Virus record (IMG/VR): IMGVR_UViG_3300036944_000550
Span: 1-64,000 of that record
From: a virus
DNA: 64,000 nt
Direction: 5' to 3' (one strand)
Below the pieces are notes generated by a model. The model was not told the origin of the DNA and did no database searches. It worked only from the letters and a program-made list of their open reading frames with translations. Numbering within the stretch: the stretch's first letter is position 1; each line of letters starts with the position of its first letter. Both the position numbers and the translations under genes were made by a program. This document shows positions 1-9,518 of this stretch, piece after piece.

Positions 1-11
1 ATGTGTTCTCC

Positions 12-1157
12 TTAGAATGGAACTTCTTCATTTACAGACTGGAAGTATGCGTCTTCATTCACACCATCATCTGGCACCGCATCGCTGTCGACTTTCTTAT
101 AGAGATCTAGGAAAGCGGACTTGGTGTCAGCATCGAAGCGATTGACACAGAGTTCGATTGCTTTAGAGCGCGAACCGAACATAGCAAAGGCATTGACGAT
201 ATGCTCAAGACGACGAGTCGAGATTAGTTCTTCGACGCCACCTTCATAGAAAGTCTTGCGGATAATATCTGCCCAAGTCACCAACTTGTCAGCAAATTCA
301 TCATCAACCTTATTGACCTTTTCCATCTTGTTGAGGATAATCTGCTTCTCAATCTTCAGCGAAGGATATTCCTGCTCAACAGTGATGGCGAAACGCTCAA
401 GGAACGCATCGTCAAGAATCTGGGCAGACATAAACTTACCATCGTCAGACCCACGACCCTTGGTGTTCGCCGTAGCGATAACGTTGAAACCAGTCTTGGG
501 GTAAACTGTCTCACCAGTTTTCTTGTTGAAGTATGGTTTACCTTCAAGAATTGCTTGGAGGCACATCATCTTGTTCGAACCACGGTCGATTTCGTCAAGG
601 ATGAGAATAGCACCACGCTTCATGGCAGTGAGAACTGGACCTTCACGGTAAACAACGTTACCGTCGACGAGGGTGTTACCACCAATCAGGTCGTCTTCAT
701 CAGTTTCGATGGAGATGTTAACACGCATGCATTCGCGCTTCAACTTAGCACAGACCTGCTCAATCATGGTGGTCTTACCGTTACCCGACAGACCAGAGAT
801 GAATGTTGGGTAGAAGTTGTTCGACTTCACAACCTTCCGAAGATCGTTGTAGAAACCAAAGGGAACATAGGTCACGTCAATCTGCGGTACGAGATTCTCG
901 ATCACTGTCTGCAACTTCGGTTGGATAACCATCTTAGGAGCAGCAACAGGGATTTGGGCGACAGGCGACTTAACACCTGTCATCAACGGGGACAGGTCAT
1001 ACGTACCACGCTTGATCATACGTTCGCGCTGAAAAATCCAACCAGGATACTTCATCCCAAGAGATTCGGCAGCGGCAACAATATCACGCTTACGGAAAAC
1101 ACCATTGTTGGTGTTGTTGTCGGAAAGGAACTCAACCAAAGCATCACGATTCATCAT
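12..1157 (-). CDS. cobS: CobS/MoxR-family AAA+ ATPase of T4-like phages
   Basis: Walker A GLSGNGKT, Walker B LILDEID, ATANTKG sensor and LDDAFLERF motif; lies next to a VWA partner. Confidence 0.85.
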   Translation of the reverse strand: MMNRDALVEFLSDNNTNNGVFRKRDIVAAAESLGMKYPGWIFQRERMIKRGTYDLSPLMTGVKSPVAQIPVAAPKMVIQPKLQTVIENLVPQIDVTYVPFGFYNDLRKVVKSNNFYPTFISGLSGNGKTTMIEQVCAKLKRECMRVNISIETDEDDLIGGNTLVDGNVVYREGPVLTAMKRGAILILDEIDRGSNKMMCLQAILEGKPYFNKKTGETVYPKTGFNVIATANTKGRGSDDGKFMSAQILDDAFLERFAITVEQEYPSLKIEKQIILNKMEKVNKVDDEFADKLVTWADIIRKTFYEGGVEELISTRRLEHIVNAFAMFGSRSKAIELCVNRFDADTKSAFLDLYKKVDSDAVPDDGVNEDAYFQSVNEEVPF

Positions 1158-1195
1158 AAAAATATCCTCACATCACATCATCATTTAATATAATC

Positions 1196-1224
1196 AATAT
1201 ACCTTAGAACGGTATAAAAGTCAA
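1196..1224 (-). promoter_or_regulatory. sigma70-type early promoter
   Basis: TTGACT-N17-TATATT on minus strand upstream of the AAA ATPase. Confidence 0.7.
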
Positions 1225-1229
1225 GCCTA

Positions 1230-1451
1230 TTATTTAGAAATAATCAATTCACGCGACTCAACCAATTCAGAAGAACCGTCATTACAGAAGTCATAATATT
1301 CAACGGTTTCATCACGAAGAAGAATAAACCCAGCACCGTTAGGATAAACAGCACGAAGGACACCATTTTCATCACGCGACCAATCACAGAGGACGAGAGT
1401 TTCAAGTTCAGAGGGGAAATCAACCATAATAAAATTTTCCTTATCAATCAT
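1230..1451 (-). CDS. hypothetical protein (73 aa)
   Basis: ORF filling the gap between two promoters; ATG just downstream of a -10 box. Confidence 0.6.
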   Translation of the reverse strand: MIDKENFIMVDFPSELETLVLCDWSRDENGVLRAVYPNGAGFILLRDETVEYYDFCNDGSSELVESRELIISK

Positions 1452-1459
1452 TATATTTC

Positions 1460-1488
1460 ATTCTACCCCGAAACGAGATAAAAGTCAA
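1460..1488 (-). promoter_or_regulatory. sigma70-type early promoter
   Basis: TTGACT-N17-TAGAAT. Confidence 0.75.
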
Positions 1489-1517
1489 GCCCTTATTTCG
1501 CTTCGGGGTAAATAATT

Positions 1518-3788
1518 TTATGCGACTGCTTGGATCATTTTATTCAGTAAAACTCGGTTGGTCTGCTTGGTATTTTGGAACTTCTTAAATGCCCGACGAA
1601 GATCTTTCGGGTCGCTGCTTTCAGATTCAAAAACATCTTCGCCGATAGTCAACTCGCTGCCACCTGGAATCAAAAAGCGGTCATCGAAACCAAACGATTT
1701 TGTGGTGTGGAAAAACTTTTGCTTCCATTCATTCTTCCACTTGGTATCGAAATCTTCAGCAGAATTGTGCATACGTTTTGCTGCCCACTTAGGATTGTAA
1801 GGAGCGATGAAGAAGTTGATAAGACGCGAACCTGTTGCCTTCTTGTAGAGTTCTAGAAGAGCAACTTGTAGTTGAGTGCGATAAACTTCATCATCATACT
1901 TAACTGTTACCGAAGCATTAGTGCTTGCATCTGTGATATTGATATGGTGCGAACCATAACGGCCTCCGACAGTGATATTGTTATCGCCATCACCATCGGT
2001 GAGGAACACAGTATTGAGAACTTCTACACGATTTTTAGCACGGAACTTGTCAGCAATCGAACGAGCAACCATGATTGATTCCTCGAGAGGAGTCGAAGCA
2101 AGAGACATGATATGAGAATTACGAACGAATATTTCAGCACGACGAGAAGGACGAGCAGAATAGTCATAACCCTTTGCGCACATAAGAAGATTGCGAACTA
2201 CCTCATTAAACTTAGCAGACGAACAGTTGTCAGAAACAAACTGCAACAGATTGAACGAATTGTCACCGATTTCAAGTTCCTTGTCAGATGAACCCATGCC
2301 ACTGGCACGATTTGCGCGCATGGCATCAGACTTGGAATACTTGTCATTGACGACACCATTGTTGGTGAAACCATACACTTCAAACGGAATACGAACCTTG
2401 CGACAGAACATCATCAGTGTGACCAACTGTTCAATCGTACCACGCATGTTTCCTGCCATGGAACCAGACATGTCCAGGAACAAAAGCATACCATGGTTTT
2501 TACCATTAGGCACAACTGTGTTACGAGCGAACAGGTCTTCGCTGATTTTGTGTGCCCAAACACGGTCAACATCAAGACGACCAGTTTTAGAAGTCTGCGC
2601 ACGAGCAAACTCTGAAGCGCGACGACGCATTTCAAACTCTTGAACCATGGTATTAATATACTTCTGGTTGTTGCTGCGGAACTCAGAGAAAACTTCTTGA
2701 GCGATTGGGTCGTAATCTACAGTTTTCGTATACCACCTGTCAGAATACACAGTCGGGCGCATGTTTTCCAGAACCCAGTCCATAGGGATGACATAGTTCT
2801 TGGTATCAACCTTACGGAGAATACCATACGCATACTCACGAGACTTTGAGTCGATGAATGTATCTTCCATGTCGCGGAAGTTCTGGTCAGTGATAGAGAC
2901 AGGGTCTTCGTTGAGGATTGGTGTATCATTTGAACCAGGAAGTTTTACGCCTTCGTTAGGAGCAACGCCACCATCTTCATCGGAATCACCTTCATCATCA
3001 CCATCTTCATCAGACTCAGCGCCATCGGCAGGAGTATCAGATTTATCACCATCGGTATCAGCGTCAGCATCTTCACTGCCTGCAGGTTTACCAGGAGTAG
3101 GAGCAGTCTTCTCTTCAGTTGACTCGTCATCAACTACAGAGACCCACTGATCACCAATCTCTGCGTCGTCACCTTCCTCGTCAAACGCACCAATATCACC
3201 CATGAAGTTTGACGAATCAAAGTCATGCTCGGGTTCAGATTTAGCAAGTTCATAGAGTTCTACTGCGAGCGCAGCAACATCATCCCATGTTTCTAAGGCA
3301 TCAACGCGAGCAAGATATTGATTCTCATCAGCGCTGAAAGGAGCATTGAGGAAAGAACCAACCTTATAGTGCAGATTGATACGGTCAATGAGACGCAACT
3401 TGCTGAGGTCATATCCCTTAACACCGAAGAAGTTATTGTCGAACAGTTCCTGATAACCAGCGAAGAAGTTACGACGGATACCAGGAAACTTGTCCTTAAT
3501 CTTACGCTCGATACGAGCATCTTCAAGGACGTTCAGATAGGACTTGATACCCATACCACGAGCATCAAGTTCTGAGTGCCAACCCTGAGCAGGTGTGAAC
3601 AATGCGTGACCAACCTCATGACCAATAAGCAGGTCATAAAGGTCGGACGACATGTCTTTCCAGATGGGGAGGATCAGGGTGCGGTTCTTCAGGTCGAACA
3701 TCGCGGTCGGAACCTTCTGATGTTCAATCCGAAGGTTCTCAGTGGCGAGCAATTTAGCAAGGGTAGACTTATGGGAAATAGACATCAC
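1518..3788 (-). CDS. CobT-like protein: N-terminal zincin-like domain, acidic linker, C-terminal VWA domain
   Basis: HEVGH...NVLEDARIE motif, D/E-rich linker, MIDAS LDMSGSM, TPL and FLTDGD. Confidence 0.8.
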   Translation of the reverse strand: MMSISHKSTLAKLLATENLRIEHQKVPTAMFDLKNRTLILPIWKDMSSDLYDLLIGHEVGHALFTPAQGWHSELDARGMGIKSYLNVLEDARIERKIKDKFPGIRRNFFAGYQELFDNNFFGVKGYDLSKLRLIDRINLHYKVGSFLNAPFSADENQYLARVDALETWDDVAALAVELYELAKSEPEHDFDSSNFMGDIGAFDEEGDDAEIGDQWVSVVDDESTEEKTAPTPGKPAGSEDADADTDGDKSDTPADGAESDEDGDDEGDSDEDGGVAPNEGVKLPGSNDTPILNEDPVSITDQNFRDMEDTFIDSKSREYAYGILRKVDTKNYVIPMDWVLENMRPTVYSDRWYTKTVDYDPIAQEVFSEFRSNNQKYINTMVQEFEMRRRASEFARAQTSKTGRLDVDRVWAHKISEDLFARNTVVPNGKNHGMLLFLDMSGSMAGNMRGTIEQLVTLMMFCRKVRIPFEVYGFTNNGVVNDKYSKSDAMRANRASGMGSSDKELEIGDNSFNLLQFVSDNCSSAKFNEVVRNLLMCAKGYDYSARPSRRAEIFVRNSHIMSLASTPLEESIMVARSIADKFRAKNRVEVLNTVFLTDGDGDNNITVGGRYGSHHINITDASTNASVTVKYDDEVYRTQLQVALLELYKKATGSRLINFFIAPYNPKWAAKRMHNSAEDFDTKWKNEWKQKFFHTTKSFGFDDRFLIPGGSELTIGEDVFESESSDPKDLRRAFKKFQNTKQTNRVLLNKMIQAVA

Positions 3789-3813
3789 GGAACCTCATCA
3801 ATTAATATATTTC

Positions 3814-3842
3814 ATTCTACCTCGAAACGAGGCAAAAGTCAA
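3814..3842 (-). promoter_or_regulatory. sigma70-type early promoter with inverted repeat in the spacer
   Basis: TTGACT-N17-TAGAAT; spacer contains CCTCG-AAA-CGAGG. Confidence 0.75.
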
Positions 3843-3867
3843 GCCCTAAAATTACTTTCAGGATAAA

Positions 3868-4224
3868 TTAATTACAGCGAGTGATGCGCTTTTCATAATA
3901 GTCGCCATATCTGTCTATACCGCTGGTAAAAATTTCACGGCAATTCTGACGACGATAGTGATATTCATACTCACGGTCATAGACTTCGCGTTCGACTTCA
4001 CGTTCTGCAGGTTGTTTACGACTGGCAGCAGCACCCAGAATGAACGCACCTACGCCGATAGCGATTGCTTCACCAGTGCTAATGCGTGAACGTTTATGTT
4101 CGCGTCTTTCCTGACGTTGTTCCCAACCATTTCCATCACGATGACGTGCTTCAGCAGCAACAGGAGTTGCGACCACAGCGAGAGCAATCAAACTTGAGAT
4201 AACAGTGTCAAATGGTTTTTTCAT
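3868..4224 (-). CDS. putative secreted/membrane small protein
   Basis: Signal-peptide-like N-terminus ending AEA, Arg-rich stretch, glycine-zipper-like GEAIAIGVGAFILGAAA, two C-terminal Cys; AGGAG RBS. Confidence 0.7.
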   Translation of the reverse strand: MKKPFDTVISSLIALAVVATPVAAEARHRDGNGWEQRQERREHKRSRISTGEAIAIGVGAFILGAAASRKQPAEREVEREVYDREYEYHYRRQNCREIFTSGIDRYGDYYEKRITRCN

Positions 4225-4247
4225 AAACTTTCTCCTTCTATTATTCC

Positions 4248-4276
4248 ATTCTACTATAAAACGAATGAAATGTCAA
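4248..4276 (-). promoter_or_regulatory. sigma70-type early promoter
   Basis: TTGACA-N17-TAGAAT. Confidence 0.75.
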
Positions 4277-4279
4277 GCC

Positions 4280-4885
4280 CTAATATTTCGTCATCGTTCC
4301 GTCGTGATGAGCGAGGTAGGGTTCAAACTTGATGTTTGGGTATTCTTTAGCAAGACCCTTGAACATTTCAAGATTTGATACGGCATCATCGAACAGGCGA
4401 ACACGAGCGTATTTACCTGTATCGAGATATTGTTTGATGTAGATTTTCTTGCCTTCTGCAGAGTTAGGAGCATTGAGATTACCAGCGCGATGCACGTGGA
4501 TATCATCGATGTCAATGTTTTGTTTGCGGAAGGTATCTAGGAACATGTCACGGTCATCAAAGTCAGCGCGAGCAGTGATGACAATCATCTTGCTGCCTTT
4601 TGCTTTGACGTTCTTGTGAATAGCAATCAACTTATTAATTGCCTTCGCGATAGGTTCAGATGTATCGCGGAAGTGCTTGGCATCGCGGAACTCGCGGAAG
4701 TCAAAGGACTCACCAGCACCCAGTTTATAGGTGTTAAACTCTTGGTTTGAAAGTTTCCGAACCAGTTGTGCACCCTTCATCACATAGATAAGTGCTTTAG
4801 TGTTGAAGAGGGTCTCGTCGATATCCCATATGGTCAGACCAGAACCCTCTTCTCGTTCGTAAATATAATCTTTTAAACCAATCAT
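4280..4885 (-). CDS. HAD-superfamily phosphatase-like protein
   Basis: Motif I WDIDETL, motif II ITAR, conserved Lys (EGKK), motif IV LFDD. Confidence 0.8.
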   Translation of the reverse strand: MIGLKDYIYEREEGSGLTIWDIDETLFNTKALIYVMKGAQLVRKLSNQEFNTYKLGAGESFDFREFRDAKHFRDTSEPIAKAINKLIAIHKNVKAKGSKMIVITARADFDDRDMFLDTFRKQNIDIDDIHVHRAGNLNAPNSAEGKKIYIKQYLDTGKYARVRLFDDAVSNLEMFKGLAKEYPNIKFEPYLAHHDGTMTKY

Positions 4886-4891
4886 AGAATT

Positions 4892-4920
4892 ACTATACCT
4901 GCTTTTTTCGTAAAAGTCAA
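4892..4920 (-). promoter_or_regulatory. sigma70-type early promoter (likely leaderless transcript)
   Basis: TTGACT-N17-TATAGT ending 7 nt before the ATG at 4885. Confidence 0.7.
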
Positions 4921-4926
4921 GCCTAT

Positions 4927-5571
4927 TTATTCATCTATTGTTTTTTTTCTTGTGCGTTTCGGTTTGGGGGTTTCTTCTGGATCCTGTGCATTAATGCGTT
5001 TCTCTAATCGTTTCGCGACTTCATCAGCATCCAACCAGATATCCTTGTTGTCAAGCATGGACTTAATTTCTTCAGGTGTCAAGAAGTCCTTATAGAATGA
5101 ATCAAACAGTTTTTCTGACCAAGACCTGAAGTGGGTGATTTGATCATACATCTCACCACCCTTACCGATTGTTCCACTGGAATAATTGTGGAACATGAAC
5201 ATGGTATGGTCAGATAGTTCGAACCTATCTGCTGACAAGAATATCAAAGTAGCAGCGCTCATACAAATGCCTTCAACCGAACATACGATAGTGGCATTTG
5301 ATTCCTGAATCGCACGAACCAGTTGCAGAGCAGAGAACAAGTCACCACCCTCGCTGTTTATTCGAATGTAGATAATATCAGTTTCACCTGCTGCCCTGAG
5401 AATCTGAAACCATTCAACATAATCTTCCGCTGGTTTAATTTCACCACAGAGATAAAATGTTACAGCAGTTGCTACTGGTTGTTGGAAGAACTTTGGTTTT
5501 GGAAAAAAGGGCAGATCCGTATCACTCAAAGTGTCGCGTGATCGCGGTGATTTTGTCAATTTGTGCATCAA
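4927..5571 (-). CDS. clpP: ClpP-like serine protease (true start may be nearer 5529)
   Basis: INSEGG motif, catalytic Ser in CMSAAT, His in MFMFH, DIWLDADE. Confidence 0.8.
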   Translation of the reverse strand: MMHKLTKSPRSRDTLSDTDLPFFPKPKFFQQPVATAVTFYLCGEIKPAEDYVEWFQILRAAGETDIIYIRINSEGGDLFSALQLVRAIQESNATIVCSVEGICMSAATLIFLSADRFELSDHTMFMFHNYSSGTIGKGGEMYDQITHFRSWSEKLFDSFYKDFLTPEEIKSMLDNKDIWLDADEVAKRLEKRINAQDPEETPKPKRTRKKTIDE

Positions 5572-5893
5572 TAATTGGTATCCTGTTTGGCCAATGAATA
5601 TACTCCTTCTCAGGATTCTTCATCAGGTTATAAAGTAGGGGAAGAATTAGATCTTCGACTTGTTTTAGTTTCTCTGAAACTTCCATTTCAACGAGTCTCT
5701 TATGTTCAGAGATCATTAGTGTCTGGTCTGCAGTCAGAATGCGAGACTCGATGTCATAGAGTTTTGCCATGATCTCATCTTTGAGACCGCTGGTATCTAT
5801 ATCTTCTTGGGGATTATATGGTTCTCGAACGTGAACCACGGTTTCAGTTGGATCTTCAAATGTGAATCCAAAATCATAGGTTTTGTTTGACAT
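5522..5893 (-). CDS. conserved T4-like hypothetical protein
   Basis: YDFGFT N-terminus and PLLYNL..NPEKEYIHWPNR motif; translationally coupled to neighbours. Confidence 0.7.
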   Translation of the reverse strand: MSNKTYDFGFTFEDPTETVVHVREPYNPQEDIDTSGLKDEIMAKLYDIESRILTADQTLMISEHKRLVEMEVSEKLKQVEDLILPLLYNLMKNPEKEYIHWPNRIPIIDAQIDKITAITRHFE

Positions 5894-6392
5894 ATTTCTT
5901 CAGATACTTTCTTGCTCGTTTGTTTAAAGACTTGAGTGCCATGTCGAGTTTCAACTGTGATACATGATCAGAGAAATTTAATCCTTCCATGTGATCAAAT
6001 TCATGCTGGGCGATTCTTGCAGGTAGACCCGCAAAAGTTTCGACCACATATTCTCCAGTAACAGTCTGGTATGAAAGAGTCACTTCCTTGGGGCGTTTAA
6101 CAGACAACCATAATCCAGGATATGATAGACATCCTTCCTTGGCGAGTTCCGTTTCCTTAGAGACAGAAACTACATGCGGATTAAAAACATTTTTACGATT
6201 GGTATCGTCGGATCCCATCACAAAAACTTTGGAGTCAATACCAACTTGATTAGCAGCAAGACCAAGTCCCCGTAACCTTCGAGATTCTTCCCACAATTTA
6301 TCGGCAAGTTCCTGTGCGTTCTGAGTTTCAAAGTCAAAGATTTCAGGAACCTTGCGAAGAGCAGGGTCTGTAAATTTAATTAATTCCATCAT
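5874..6392 (-). CDS. def: peptide deformylase
   Basis: All three PDF motifs: GLGLAANQ, EGCLS, QHEFDH. Confidence 0.95.
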   Translation of the reverse strand: MMELIKFTDPALRKVPEIFDFETQNAQELADKLWEESRRLRGLGLAANQVGIDSKVFVMGSDDTNRKNVFNPHVVSVSKETELAKEGCLSYPGLWLSVKRPKEVTLSYQTVTGEYVVETFAGLPARIAQHEFDHMEGLNFSDHVSQLKLDMALKSLNKRARKYLKKYVKQNL

Positions 6393-8104
6393 ACCACCAT
6401 TTCACTGTAATTATTTTTCTTTTCAAACTTAATCAAACTGCGGAACTTATCGAACAGTTGATCACCCTTGTGACTGATGACAAACACATTAGTATCTTCG
6501 CCGACAGTATCAAGCAATGCCATAACATAATCGGTACCATTATTATCCAGTGAGGAGTCAAAAACCTCATCAAGAATTAGCAGATTAGTTGCTACGCTGT
6601 TCTTCATCTTAGCAATTGTGCGCCAAGTAAACAGCAGCGCCAAGTCAATTCTTTGTTTCTCACCTTCGCTGAACGAAGCGTAACTAAAGTCGTCGCGATG
6701 TCGCGATTTAATTGTCTCATCAAACTTCTCATCAAGATTAAACTGCACGAAGAAGTCCATTGCTTGTAGATATTTATTTACCAACTTATTGATAACTGGA
6801 AGATACTGCCGAATAATCTTAGTCTTAATACCAGTGTCCTTGAGTAGTGTCGAGACAACTTCCATGTAATGCTTTTCTTCATTCAGTCTTGCCTTTTCCT
6901 CGTTCTGTGTCAGAACTTCCTTAGCATATGACTTGAGTTTTGTTTTTTCTTCATCAATATCTGCAGTCTTGGTTGCAATGTCATTTAGTTCTAGATTAAG
7001 TGCTTGAATCAGACGCTGTTGAACAATAATTTCGTTGTTGTTCGCGATAATCTCTGCGCTCAACCCAGAAATTTGTTCGGAAAGAGTCTCATTTTCCGAG
7101 ATAAGTTCTCCAAGTTTCGTAAATTCTTCTTGGAGTTTTTCCATTCCTGAAGAAAGTTCTTGCATTTTCTCTTGTCGGGATGATACGATGGTTTCTTTAT
7201 GATCGTGAGCAATGCCTTGCCGACATGTCGGACACTCATCCGTTTCCTTGTAGAATGCCACCTCCTTTTGGAGATCGCGGAGTTGGCTGGAAAATTTGGT
7301 TTTAAAAGATTCGAGTTTCTTTTGCTTTGTTGCAAGGTCTCCGAGTGCTGCCTTGGCATCTTCGTGTGTAATCTTCTCTCCTTCGAGCGCAGCAACAAGA
7401 CCTTGGAAACGGGTGATTGACAATTCACCATCTTCGATTCGTGAGATAATTTCATCAACTCTCTTTTCTTTATTTGCTTCGAGCGTATCGACATATTCTT
7501 TCTGAATGGTTGCCTTTTGTTTCAGAACTTCTAACTTACCATCAGCATCATGAAGACTATCTTTCAGTTCGTTCATCTTGTCGCGCAGAACAGTATTCAT
7601 TGTTGTAAAGATCTGAATGTCAAGAATGTCTTCAATAATCTCGCGACGAGTAAACGGTGGCAACTGCATGAATGGAGTGAACGATGCTGAACCCAGAATA
7701 ACAATCTGAGTAAACGATTTGTAATTTAGTTTTAGAACTGATTCCTCGAGATACTTTTGATAGTCCCGAGCAGCAGCATCCTGATTGATTACTTCACCAC
7801 CAGATTGAATCTCGAAGATGTTCGGTTTAATACCACGAACAATCTTATAATCTTTACCACCAATGTCAAACTCAATCTCAACCAGAAGATTTTTCTTGTT
7901 GATAGAATTAAGCAGTTGTGGTTTATTGATGCTACGGAATGGTTTACCGAATAATCCGAAGCAGAGAGCATCGAGCAGTGTGGATTTACCGCCACCATTC
8001 TCACCAACAATCAAAGTGCTGGGCGAACGGTTAAGTTCAATTTCAGTGAAAGCATTACCTGTTGAAAGTAAATTCTTCCAACGTATAGTTTTAAAAATTA
8101 TCAT
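6389..8104 (-). CDS. gp46: recombination endonuclease ATPase subunit (Rad50/SbcC-like)
   Basis: GENGGGKST, CPTC zinc hook, coiled coils, FSEGEK signature, LILDEVFD. Confidence 0.95.
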   Translation of the reverse strand: MIIFKTIRWKNLLSTGNAFTEIELNRSPSTLIVGENGGGKSTLLDALCFGLFGKPFRSINKPQLLNSINKKNLLVEIEFDIGGKDYKIVRGIKPNIFEIQSGGEVINQDAAARDYQKYLEESVLKLNYKSFTQIVILGSASFTPFMQLPPFTRREIIEDILDIQIFTTMNTVLRDKMNELKDSLHDADGKLEVLKQKATIQKEYVDTLEANKEKRVDEIISRIEDGELSITRFQGLVAALEGEKITHEDAKAALGDLATKQKKLESFKTKFSSQLRDLQKEVAFYKETDECPTCRQGIAHDHKETIVSSRQEKMQELSSGMEKLQEEFTKLGELISENETLSEQISGLSAEIIANNNEIIVQQRLIQALNLELNDIATKTADIDEEKTKLKSYAKEVLTQNEEKARLNEEKHYMEVVSTLLKDTGIKTKIIRQYLPVINKLVNKYLQAMDFFVQFNLDEKFDETIKSRHRDDFSYASFSEGEKQRIDLALLFTWRTIAKMKNSVATNLLILDEVFDSSLDNNGTDYVMALLDTVGEDTNVFVISHKGDQLFDKFRSLIKFEKKNNYSEMVV

Positions 8105-9156
8105 ACAGAAACGTGCTGTGCCTCAATATACAAAGTTCTTAACATGTTTTTAATTTTATCTTTGTCGAGGTCGGTGCTAACAGTGTCAACAAAATCGGAT
8201 AGTACGGTCATCGTATCTTCAACATCCATCTTATCTTCCTCAATTACATCTGCCTCGAACTCAGAGAAGTCTTCAATTATCTTTAGTTCGATTAGATCGC
8301 AGTCATATAGTTTATCAACGAAGCGATCAAATTTATAGAAGTCTGTCTTCTTGACTACGACTAATCTTACACAACTACCAACAATTGGTCCAAGGTCCAT
8401 ACTATTAGGATCGCTAGTAGTATCATCATAATAGATTTTATGGAAGATTTGAAATGGGTTCTCAAAGAATTCTACCTCGTTAGTTTCCGTGTCATATAAG
8501 TGATACCCTCTAGGGTCATTATAGTCAGACCAAGTAAACTCATAGGTATTACCAAGATACAGAATGTTACCAGTCCGACTGCGATGGTGAAAATGACCAG
8601 AACAAACGAGAGGAAATCTATCAAAACGTTCAGTGCCCATGCCATGGTCATTTTTATGCCCACGATACATTTCAAAACCTGAAAATTCAAAGTGTCCAAA
8701 TACTGCTTGTGCATTACTTTTATCTACAACCTCCATGGTTTCTGCATAATTACCAGAACAAATCCATGGCACGAGCAATAGATTCTTTCCGTCTAGTTTA
8801 ATTTCTTCTGCGTCAGAATATGTAATAACATTACCATATTCACGAAGTAGCAGGTCTAGTGAGTTTACCTCATTAGTATTCTTGAAAAATGTGTCATGGT
8901 TTCCTGCGATCATGTGCACATCGATACCGAGATCTCTTGCTTTATCGAAGAAATACTCACGACACTTTTTTAGTGTGTTGTAATTGATAAACTTGCGGCG
9001 ATCAAAAACATCACCAAGATGAATAATGGTTTTGATTCCTGCTTGTTCGAGATGCGGGAAAAACACCTCAGTATAAAACTTCGCGAAGAAGTTATCGAAC
9101 GGAATAGAATCTGACCTTGCACCAAAGTGTGTGTCCGTGATCAACGCAACCTTCAT
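8101..9156 (-). CDS. gp47: recombination endonuclease nuclease subunit (Mre11/SbcD-like)
   Basis: DTHFG, LGDVFD, GNHD, SGHFH metallophosphoesterase motifs; overlaps gp46. Confidence 0.95.
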   Translation of the reverse strand: MKVALITDTHFGARSDSIPFDNFFAKFYTEVFFPHLEQAGIKTIIHLGDVFDRRKFINYNTLKKCREYFFDKARDLGIDVHMIAGNHDTFFKNTNEVNSLDLLLREYGNVITYSDAEEIKLDGKNLLLVPWICSGNYAETMEVVDKSNAQAVFGHFEFSGFEMYRGHKNDHGMGTERFDRFPLVCSGHFHHRSRTGNILYLGNTYEFTWSDYNDPRGYHLYDTETNEVEFFENPFQIFHKIYYDDTTSDPNSMDLGPIVGSCVRLVVVKKTDFYKFDRFVDKLYDCDLIELKIIEDFSEFEADVIEEDKMDVEDTMTVLSDFVDTVSTDLDKDKIKNMLRTLYIEAQHVSV

Positions 9157-9171
9157 ACTCGAACTTTCTAA

Positions 9172-9486
9172 TTACTTTGTAGGTGCAGTAGGAACTACTT
9201 CTTCCAACTTTTCTTCGGTCGTTGGTTCTGCTTCACCTTCTTCTGCGAGGCGCTTAAGAACAATTTGACCATCACAGATCATGTAGTGTTGACCATCGCC
9301 GAGATCGCTCGACTCAAGATAGATGCATCCTGCGTTCTGCTTAGAAACTCCTTGAACACCATTCCTATGTTTACTAACACTAATGGATACTGATGCGATG
9401 ATCAATGCAAACGCAAGAAAGAAAAATACTGCGAACCAGTTTTCAGTGAACCATGCAACGTACTTGTTAGTTTTTACTTCAGTCAT
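9172..9486 (-). CDS. hypothetical membrane protein
   Basis: One TM helix (WFAVFFFLAFALIIASVSI) and two Cys; AGGAG RBS before ATG 9486. Confidence 0.7.
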   Translation of the reverse strand: MTEVKTNKYVAWFTENWFAVFFFLAFALIIASVSISVSKHRNGVQGVSKQNAGCIYLESSDLGDGQHYMICDGQIVLKRLAEEGEAEPTTEEKLEEVVPTAPTK

Positions 9487-9518
9487 AAACAACTCCTTTA
9501 ACAATCTTTAATAATTCC

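Noticed and set aside
12-3788. cobS/cobT as cobalamin-synthesis auxiliary genes
   Set aside because: No cobN or other cob genes are present; the motifs only support a generic MoxR-AAA/VWA pair
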